Below are positions 24,482 through 32,000 of a stretch of DNA of 32,000 bases, in pieces. Origin of the DNA: Okeania sp. (GTDB taxonomy: Bacteria > Cyanobacteriota > Cyanobacteriia > Cyanobacteriales > Microcoleaceae); assembly GCF_035285525.1 (NCBI RefSeq), contig NZ_JAYKGW010000071.1:1-32000 (forward strand). The letters are read 5' to 3'. The position numbers were made by a program, and so were the translations under genes. A model generated the notes under the pieces. The model had not been told where the DNA came from and ran no database searches. It saw only the letters and a program-made list of their open reading frames with translations. Every line of letters starts with the position of its first letter. Position 1 is the first letter of the stretch.

Positions 24482-26416
24482 CTAAAGATTAATTATTTCT
24501 ATCTCCTCTAAATCATCAGCAAGTGTAAATCCAAATACACGAGAATAAAAATAAAATTCTCCATCCAAAGCGCGTTTAATATTTTCCGAACGGCGAAAAC
24601 CATGTTGTTCTCCTGGAAAAGCAACATAAGCTACTGGTAATCCTTTTTCTTGCAAAACTTCTACCATTTTTTCAGCTTGATTTGGGGGAACAATTTGATC
24701 TTCTAAACCTTGGAAAAAAATTACCGGGCAAGACAAACTTTCTTTAAAATTAATCGGCGATCGCTGTTGATAAATTTCTTTTTCTTCAGGATAAAGTCCG
24801 ATTAATCCATCTAAATAACGAGATTCAAATTTATGAGTATCTGTTGCTAAAGCCTCCAAATCGCTAACTCCATAATAACTTGCTCCAGCTTTAAATACAT
24901 CCTTAAAAGTTAAAGCACATAAAGTTGTATAACCTCCCGCACTACCACCAGAAATAGTCATCCGATTACCATCTACTAATCCCTGTTCAGCTAAATATTG
25001 AGCGCCATTTACACAATCATCAACATCAACAATACCCCAATTATTTTTGAGTCTTTGCTGATACTCTCTTCCATAGCCAGTGCTACCTCCATAATTAACA
25101 TCAAGTAAAGCAAAACCCCGACTCGTCCAATATTGAATTTTTAAATTTAAACTACTAGAAGTTGCTGCCGTCGGACCTCCATGACTCTTCACTAAAAGAG
25201 GTGGTTTTTCTCCTACAGGTGCAGTGTAATCTTTATTAGTTGGCGGGTAAAAGAAACCATAAGCAGTCTGACCATTTTCTGTGGGAAATTCTATAGTTTG
25301 AGGAATAGATAAATAACCAGAATCAATTTCTAAATCTGTAGAACGTTTTAAAACATTAATATCACCTGTAGACAGATTTATTTTAATAACTGAACTAGGT
25401 TCCGTAGGAGAACTTCCCAGAAAACAAATTTGGTTTTCTTTTGCTTTTAAACAACTAATAGAAGTATAAGGCATTTCTATTTCCTGTAAATGTTTTTTCG
25501 TAGTATTAAGAGTTGCTAAATGCCAAATTCCATTCTGAGAAAAAGTGCAGAGAATTTTGTTAGCTGCGGTGAAACCATAAGTAGACATTCCAAACACCCA
25601 TTGTGGCATTCCAAACTCAGCATCCAAAGGATACAATGGGTCTACATTTTCCGCCTTAGTAACTCCAGGCACCCGATAAAGATTCCACCATTTAGAGCGA
25701 TCGCTGACAAAACATAACATTCCATTTGGAGACCACTGGGGTTGAAAAATTGATTCTGCTTTCCCTCCAGCAACCAACTTCATTTCACCCAATGAACCAT
25801 CCGTATTCACCTGAGCTACCCACAACTCCGTACCATCCCAAGGCATATTTGGATGATTCCAACTAATCCAGCAAAGTTGGGAACCATCGTGACTGAGAGT
25901 CAGTGAAGCATAAAAATCATAACCCTCTGCTAATATCTGGATATCCTCTCCATTTTTGAAATTGATGCTAACTATCCTATTAACAGGTTCCCCACCTCCA
26001 GTATGATCTTCCTGAATACAAATCAAGCGATCGCGCAATTTATCTATTACACCATCAGCATAACGTAGATTTGCCTCCGGAGTTAAAGGTAGGGGTTCCG
26101 TACCTGGTGTTTGACTGTAGAGACGTTGATCTGCAAAATTAGAAAAATATATTGTACCATTCGCTACCAAAAAAGCTGCACCGCCGTATTCATGGACACG
26201 GGTGCGTACATTAAAAGGAGGAGGGGTAATGTCAGTAGTCTGTCCATCGGGAGTGTGACGGACAATTACATTTCGTCCACCTTCCGAAGGTCGTCCTTCA
26301 ATCCAGTAGACATCATCACCATCAATGGTAATACTACTGAGTCCAATTGTTCCGGCCACAATTAAATCGGTAGTTATAGGGGATTTCCAAGAACCTAATG
26401 GTGCTATTTGTGTCAT
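24482..26416 (-). CDS. S9-family serine peptidase (prolyl oligopeptidase / acylaminoacyl-peptidase type)
   Basis: The track ORF runs to 26470. The ATG at 26416 (MTQIAPLGSWKSPITTDLIV) fits the family N-terminus. The protein has a beta-propeller N-terminal half, nucleophile GGSAGGY and a C-terminal EQHGF providing the His. The ORFs at 25520..25717 and 26111..26365 are shadows. Confidence 0.85.
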   Translation of the reverse strand: MTQIAPLGSWKSPITTDLIVAGTIGLSSITIDGDDVYWIEGRPSEGGRNVIVRHTPDGQTTDITPPPFNVRTRVHEYGGAAFLVANGTIYFSNFADQRLYSQTPGTEPLPLTPEANLRYADGVIDKLRDRLICIQEDHTGGGEPVNRIVSINFKNGEDIQILAEGYDFYASLTLSHDGSQLCWISWNHPNMPWDGTELWVAQVNTDGSLGEMKLVAGGKAESIFQPQWSPNGMLCFVSDRSKWWNLYRVPGVTKAENVDPLYPLDAEFGMPQWVFGMSTYGFTAANKILCTFSQNGIWHLATLNTTKKHLQEIEMPYTSISCLKAKENQICFLGSSPTEPSSVIKINLSTGDINVLKRSTDLEIDSGYLSIPQTIEFPTENGQTAYGFFYPPTNKDYTAPVGEKPPLLVKSHGGPTAATSSSLNLKIQYWTSRGFALLDVNYGGSTGYGREYQQRLKNNWGIVDVDDCVNGAQYLAEQGLVDGNRMTISGGSAGGYTTLCALTFKDVFKAGASYYGVSDLEALATDTHKFESRYLDGLIGLYPEEKEIYQQRSPINFKESLSCPVIFFQGLEDQIVPPNQAEKMVEVLQEKGLPVAYVAFPGEQHGFRRSENIKRALDGEFYFYSRVFGFTLADDLEEIEIINL

Positions 26417-26536
26417 AATTTTAGATTGATAGATAGAATAATGTTTACTATTTAATTTTGTTATTGTCAATTCCGAAATTCTGAATATTCTGTTTGATAT
26501 TTTTAATATAAACTATAAAAAAAGATTGTAGTTAAT

Positions 26537-26965
26537 TAATGAATAATGAATCATTAAGTAGTAGGTTGGATTTCGTTCTGATACCCAACAAAAATATTTC
26601 TCCCGTAAAGACGTTGCATGGGTACGGACGTTATCAAGGAAAAGCTTGAAACTTCTAGGAATTAATGATCAATTATCAATTGCTAAAATGAATAATGAAT
26701 AATTAAGTAGTAGGTTGGGTTGAGGAACGAAGCAAAGGCAAAAATCTTTCTCAAGACGTTCCATGGGTATGGACGTTATCAAGGAAAAGCTTTAAACTTG
26801 TAGGAATTAATGATCAATTATCAATTGCTAAAATGAATAATGAATAATTAAGTAGTAGGTTGGGTTTCGTTCTGATACCCAACAAAAATCTTTCTCAAGA
26901 CGTTCCATGGGTATGGACGTTATCAAGGAGGAATTAAGGAATTAATTATCAATTACTAAAAAGAG
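26537..26965. repeat. three tandem copies of a ~145-149 bp unit in the divergent promoter region
   Basis: The anchor GTAGTAGGTTGG occurs at 26558, 26707 and 26852. Each unit contains half of a GTAGGTTGGGTT MITE, GACGTT(C/G)CATGGGTA(T/C)GGACGTTATCAAGG and AGGAATTAATGATCAATTATCAATTGCTAAA. Confidence 0.85.
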
Positions 26966-26972
26966 AAAAATT

Positions 26973-27860
26973 ATGTCAATTATCAAATTAGTCGATGACC
27001 TACCCACAGATGGGATTACAGTTTCTGCATTACGCGCCTTAGATTTCGTAGTTCCCGGTGAATGGAATAATTTAGTAGGTTTTAAAAAGACGGTTCGTGA
27101 AATTACTGGGGAATCAGAATCTGAAAAAATCCAACACATTAGCGAACGTGCTTTGTGGATATATAACGACCAATCTCAAGGATATCAGGATGCTATCTGG
27201 GTTTACCAAAGTCTAGACAAAGCTGATGTTGCTTTAGGTGCAGCAGCAATGGCAAATAAAGTTGGTGAAAAAATCTCTTTCTTGGGTTTCTTCAATAAGT
27301 TGACTCCATCAGCAGATACAACTCAAGCATTAGATTTATCCATCAAAATAGTAGCAGAGTTAGTTGCTTTCTGTAAATTGAACGGAATGCCAACTATGGA
27401 TAGTTTAGGGGATTTTTCCGCAGCGTTAGCAGAAGAATATAGTGGTCCAGCTTTAATGCGCATGGTTGCCTTAGTCTGTTTCGATGGATTGATTCCCCTC
27501 GGACCTGATTTTCTCGATCGCGTCGGCGATATTATTGGGGGAATGAGTTCTGCTGGTTTGGCACGAAATCCATTATTTCAAAAGGTAAATGATTTGATTC
27601 CTGGTGATGGTACTCAGGGTAAACTTGATTTTATTGGTAATAGTTTTGATTCAGTTCGGGGGTGGATGAGCGATTTAGTTTCATCACGAGGATTAGATCC
27701 TGAAATGATTACTAATAGTTTGCAAAATTTTGTAGATATTGCTGACGATAAGTTAGATTATTTAGCAGCATTTATTGATATGACGACTAATTATTTTGAA
27801 CATACTGGGATTCAAACTGTAGCTCGTCGTCTAATTTTGCAAGCAGCAGAAGAAGTTTAA
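26973..27860 (+). CDS. conserved hypothetical protein
   Basis: 295-aa ORF with coding-like composition, acidic and predicted helical. No family recognised. ORF 26942..27139 is a shadow. Confidence 0.6.
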   Translation: MSIIKLVDDLPTDGITVSALRALDFVVPGEWNNLVGFKKTVREITGESESEKIQHISERALWIYNDQSQGYQDAIWVYQSLDKADVALGAAAMANKVGEKISFLGFFNKLTPSADTTQALDLSIKIVAELVAFCKLNGMPTMDSLGDFSAALAEEYSGPALMRMVALVCFDGLIPLGPDFLDRVGDIIGGMSSAGLARNPLFQKVNDLIPGDGTQGKLDFIGNSFDSVRGWMSDLVSSRGLDPEMITNSLQNFVDIADDKLDYLAAFIDMTTNYFEHTGIQTVARRLILQAAEEV

Positions 27861-27873
27861 AGGAAATTATGAA

Positions 27874-27928
27874 TTTAGGTTGGGTTGTGCTGGATATTTT
27901 CATGTTTGGGAGCAAAACTCAACCTAAA
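27874..27928. repeat. short TTTAGGTTGGGTT...CTCAACCTAAA hairpin (mini-member of the GTAGGTTGGGTT family), possibly a terminator
   Basis: Imperfect inverted termini begin 14 nt after the stop at 27860. Confidence 0.45.
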
Positions 27929-28109
27929 ATATGAAGTTACGCGATCGCGTAACTTTTGTATTCTAATGAGTCTATTAATTCGTCACTTGATGGTAGGTCG
28001 AGTAATTGATTTTAGTTTACCATAATAATTTGATTGTGACATTTGAACTGTTTAATTTTAGCAAATGAATGATATAGTAGGAAATAGCTAACTTAAAAAC
28101 AAAAAAACT

Positions 28110-28211
28110 ATGATTACTATTAATTTAAAACCAGAAATTGAAGCTCAGATTCGAGAAAAAGCTAAATTATTAGACTTATCAATTGAACAATATATTGAAA
28201 ATTTAATATAA
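28110..28211 (+). CDS. possible 33-aa ORF (MITINLKPEIEAQIREKAKLLDLSIEQYIENLI), antitoxin/RHH-like flavour
   Basis: ATG at 28110 and TAA at 28209-28211. Too short for the ORF track. The resemblance to small cyanobacterial antitoxin-like peptides is from memory only. Confidence 0.3.
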   Translation: MITINLKPEIEAQIREKAKLLDLSIEQYIENLI

Positions 28212-28218
28212 ATAACAG

Positions 28219-28438
28219 GTAAGCATTCAGCCGTCAGCTATCAGCTATCAGAAGAGTGATTTTAATCTTTGATAAAAGCTTTATTAATTGAGCCAAAAAA
28301 ATCTTACTAAAAAAGTCATTCCACTTGATATTAGAGTCTATATTCGTTGAAATAATCTCCTTAAAAACAGGATTTCTTTGCTGTTAACGAAGTTCCGACC
28401 CAGGAGACTGGCTGAGGTGCTAATAGCTGAATGCTTAC
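28219..28438. mobile_element. 220 bp MITE with perfect 13 bp terminal inverted repeats and a perfect 8 bp target-site duplication
   Basis: GTAAGCATTCAGC at 28219-28231 and GCTGAATGCTTAC at 28426-28438 are flanked by AATAACAG at 28211-28218 and 28439-28446. Confidence 0.85.
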
Positions 28439-28571
28439 AATAACAGCTTTTAGATTTTATAGTAAATTGGTATGGGGGAAATTTCAGTAAAGTAAGCAAA
28501 CATCAACCTAATTAGGAGTTTAATTTATGAATTATATTGACAAGACTACACAAATATATCGGACAAATGAA

Positions 28572-28977
28572 ATGACTAATCTTTATGAAACTGATTTTGT
28601 GGAGTGGACTGTTCAACAAGTTCAAGCATTAAATAATCGTAATCTAAAAGCACTTGATTGGAATAATTTAAAGGAGGAAATAGAAGACTTGGGAAAAGAA
28701 CAAATTCATGCTGTTAGTAGTTTTATCAAAAGGTTAATTGAATACAAACTTAAACTAGACTATTCCTCCGATATTTATCCTCGCAACCACTGGTAAATTG
28801 AAGTTAATAATTTTCAAGATGAAATTGAGAGAAGACTAACTAAAACTTTGTTAAATAAGGTGGATATAAATAAAGAATATGAAAGAGCTAAAAGATTAGT
28901 TTTCAGTGAATCTAAAATTAGACCTTCCTGATAAATGTCCTTATAGTTTTGCTGATTTAATGGAAAGATTACTATAA
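28572..28977 (+). pseudogene. DUF29-family pseudogene (in-frame stop plus a +1 frameshift)
   Basis: MTNLYETDFVEWTVQQVQALNNRNLKALDWNNLKEEIEDLGKEQIHAV... is a typical DUF29 N-terminus. There is a TAA at 28794-28796. The frame stays coherent to the TGA at 28929. The family C-terminus LPDKCPYSFADLMERLL is in the +1 frame and ends at 28977. Confidence 0.75.
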
Positions 28978-28989
28978 AATTGACCCAAA

Positions 28990-29185
28990 TTTCTACAAAC
29001 TTCGATTCTGTGCATAATTTATATTTTTTGGGTTAGTTCATTTTTTTTGTCTGAGGTACGACATAATATTTACCTGATTTTCAAAGTTTTCTGCAAACTG
29101 CCATTCTGTGCATAATTTATATGTTTGGATTAGTTCATTTGTTTGTCCGAGATATGACATAATATTTACCTGATTTTCAAGGCTT
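28990..29185. repeat. two tandem copies of a 98 bp unit
   Basis: ATTCTGTGCATAATTTATAT occurs at 29005 and 29103. Both copies end in ACATAATATTTACCTGATTTTCAA. Confidence 0.8.
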
Positions 29186-29394
29186 TCAATTTGAATTAAT
29201 TATGCAAGATTTATGAATAATTTATGCAGGCTAACCCAGAAACCTGGTTTCTGATGGATGTTTATTCTTGAAAACAATCATTTCTCCTATAAACCGGGTT
29301 TTTTTGTCTAATTATTGTTATTATAAAAATTGTTAAAACTAATTTCTGATTGCTATAATAAAAAAATTTAATAAATAACTACACAGGAGTTATG

Positions 29395-29569
29395 CAAAGT
29401 AACTAAGAAACCGGGTTTATTGCCACGATATTGTTGTTCAAACCAAGATATTTCATCAACCCGATTTCTGCGTAAGTTCTACTAAAAGTAACTAAGAAAC
29501 CGGGTTTATTGCCACGATATTGTTGTTCAAACCAAGATATTTCATAAACCCGGTTTCTGTGTAAGTCCT
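29395..29569. mobile_element. two tandem copies (~86-89 bp) of the AAACCGGGTTT / GTAAGTCCT MITE
   Basis: AAGTAACTAAGAAACCGGGTTTATTGCCACGATATTGTTGTTCAAACCAAGATATTTCAT is repeated almost exactly at about 29408 and 29486. Confidence 0.8.
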
Positions 29570-29603
29570 ATTAGATTAATGTTAGTTAGATAAGGGTGTA
29601 TGG

Positions 29604-30773
29604 ATGGAAAAAAGCGACTTAACGCTGGAAGATTTACAGAATGCTAATAATTTAGAGGGAATAGGAAATGTTTTTCGGAAACTTGGCTACAACACAACTG
29701 TAGAACTACTTAAGTCTAGAAGAGTTGGAGTTACCAACTAAAAGTTTTGAAGCTGTGATAGATGCTTATATTATTGCAGATATAGGTAGTGGAAATTTAC
29801 AAATATTGTTATTTCAGTTAACAGCTCAAGAGTTGAGTTCTGAGAATACAGCTAAGAGTAAAATGAAGGCGATCGCTGAAAGTTTATGTCAACGTCCTTC
29901 TAAATTTTTATGACTGGCAACTAAAGATTATCAACAACTTTTATTAGGCAGTCCTCAGCAAACTTTAGATGATAATTAGAAGCTAAAAGTTAATATCAAG
30001 TTTTGTTATATAGACTTTACTAATCCTAATTTTCAGCAACTAAAGACATTCAAAAAAATTGCACTTTTTCACCAAGAAACGAAAACTCTTCATCAAAATC
30101 AGTACCAAGCTTTAGATGATATTAAGCTTTTTCAACCAACAGGTAAAAATAATAAAAAGGAAGTCGTGAAAGAATTAGGCAAATTCAGGCAAAAGCTCTG
30201 AGGAAACTGATCTATAAAAATTTTGAAAGCTTTTTTGTAAATTATCTTTGCTCTAAAGAAGTTAATATTAATCCGGAAAAACATTTGATATTTGAACATC
30301 TTTATCTTCAAGCTATTAAAAAAAGTGTTAATTTTAATGTTCAACCTGTACCCAATAATAATCTTGAAAAAATCAACTCAAAAAGAGGTTTAGATGATAC
30401 TATTTTTAATGTTTTAGAAAGAGCAGTATAGAATTTACTTAAAGATTTTAAACGGCAGCAAACTAGCAGTAAATTTAGACCTAAACTAAATAAATTATAG
30501 CAGAAAATTTACTTGTTTTTGGAACAGCAAACTAAGGATGTATTAGACTTAGAATATCGAGAGACTATCGAACGGGTTCTGGAAGTAATTGCTACAGAAA
30601 ATCTGCGGAGTATTGAAAGAGAAATTAAGCAAATATGGCAGCAATATATTGATATTAATAGTTTCGTCTCTGACTTACATGAAATTTTTGTTGATGCAGA
30701 ACTTTATTATCAACTTGAAGAGGAGAAAAAATCAAACCCATTAGACATGATAAAAGCTGAAGATATTCAATGA
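29604..30773 (+). pseudogene. heavily decayed ~390-codon gene of unidentified family
   Basis: There are three frame segments: 29604-29738 in frame 0, about 29716-30201 in frame 1, and 30198-30773 in frame 0. Protein-like translation continues straight across the in-frame stops at 29911, 29977, 30199, 30429 and 30498. The track ORFs 29725..29913 and 30513..30773 are surviving pieces. Confidence 0.6.
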
Positions 30774-30857
30774 ATTTGTTATCAGTTGTTTAAACCTTTT
30801 CACGGAATTAAAAAGCAAGATTTTATCACCTCCAAACTTTAACCCTATATTCAGCAA

Positions 30858-30999
30858 TTAATAATTAATAATTACCCCTTCTTTAAAGAAGGGGATTGAC
30901 TAATCATGAAGATTTATCCCCAATCCTTGGGTAGGCTTCCATGTGTGAATTCTTGAATGAATAATTATTGACTATCAACTCTTAATTATTAATTATTAA
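30858..30999. repeat. perfect 17 bp inverted heptamer-repeat arms (TTAATAATTAATAATTA) enclosing a perfect 20 bp palindrome
   Basis: The arms are at 30858-30874 and 30983-30999. CCCCTTCTTTAAAGAAGGGG lies at 30875-30894. Confidence 0.7.
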
Positions 31000-31108
31000 C
31001 TATTAGACATCTCCAAAAATAAAAAATTAAATCAATTATCGGACAGAAATCATCTATTCTTTTCCCCTACTCCCTACTCCCTCTTTTCTGAAGAAACCGG
31101 GTTTCTAG

Positions 31109-31392
31109 GGTGTGTCATCAATTAGATGTTAGAAGCTTGATCAACAAAAGTAGTGGACTGACAAAGCTCAAACTGTTCATTACATCATTGGGGGGGTGGG
31201 TTTATCTAACTCACTTTGAAAATTGTTCATTGCACGGACGTTGCATGCAACGTCCCTACAGAGGAACCCGCCCCTACCGACCGCACAATTTCAGGTATGC
31301 GCTCGCTGTATCTGAACCTACCCAACTGCGATCGCCATTTTTACATAACAGAGAATAGCTTTTTTGTCAACTTATTTAATTGATGACACGCC
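31109..31392. mobile_element. 284 bp MITE nested inside an AAACCGGGTTT-family MITE
   Basis: The TIR GGTGTGTCATCAATTA at 31109-31124 matches the reverse complement of 31377-31392 at 15 of 16 positions. The element is flanked by CTAG (31105-31108) and CTAA (31393-31396). The host MITE halves lie at about 31085-31108 and 31393-31465. Track ORF 31110..31358 is inside the element and judged spurious. Confidence 0.75.
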
Positions 31393-31534
31393 CTAAGATA
31401 AATCGTTATTTTTATAACAGATATCTAGAAAAAAACCGGTTTCTGGGTTTGTCTGCGTAAGTCCAGTTAATGTCACAAAGATTTATCACGGTTAGCATTA
31501 GTTCGCCAAATCTATTGTAAAATCACGGAATTAG

Positions 31535-32000
<466 letters not shown>

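Noticed and set aside
515-26365. Antisense or overlapping track ORFs: 515..718, 7457..7720, 11119..11334, 11342..11707, 12257..12607, 13553..13861, 14697..14924, 16521..16745, 16785..17054, 21064..21273, 23426..23641, 23457..23681, 25520..25717, 26111..26365 (also 26942..27139 and 30132..30344).
   Set aside because: Each lies inside a longer ORF with recognisable homology or domain content on the opposite strand or in another frame. Their translations are low-complexity or basic-rich, as expected for shadow ORFs.
31110-31358. Track ORF 31110..31358 (82 aa).
   Set aside because: It is contained in the 284 bp nested MITE and its translation runs through hairpin repeats. No ribosome-binding site is present.

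Overview
Chromosomal window from a filamentous, probably Nostocales-type, cyanobacterium. It is AT-rich and carries many HIP1 octamers (GCGATCGC), heptamer short tandem repeats (GGGAACA, GGGAGTA, TTAATAA, CT-rich blocks) and cyanobacteria-typical genes: por, DUF3598, DUF4332, DUF4336, DUF29, Uma2. About 18 genes look intact and are mostly housekeeping or conserved: aat, rpsN, nth, an RseP-type protease, a CBS-GAF histidine kinase, a PstS-family binding protein, an FAD oxidoreductase, a cytosine-deaminase-like amidohydrolase, an S9 peptidase and the 5' part of por. Every accessory-type gene is dead: Rpn/DUF2887, Uma2, an IS transposase, DUF29 and an unidentified ~1.2 kb gene. Almost every intergenic spacer is packed with at least five families of MITE-like hairpin elements. 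I found no tRNA, rRNA, CRISPR array, cas genes or recognisable multi-gene defence or biosynthetic cluster. The most unusual structure is an ~890 bp tandem array at 9963-10852 with ~17 units, the last ten exactly 51 bp. It fills the whole spacer between the DUF4336 and DUF4332 genes. Its units fold into two or three hairpins, and paralogous units differ by compensatory double substitutions. That suggests a constraint on structure (a structured RNA array or a protein-binding platform), not plain satellite DNA. Everything here was read by eye from the sequence; no database search or folding program was run.
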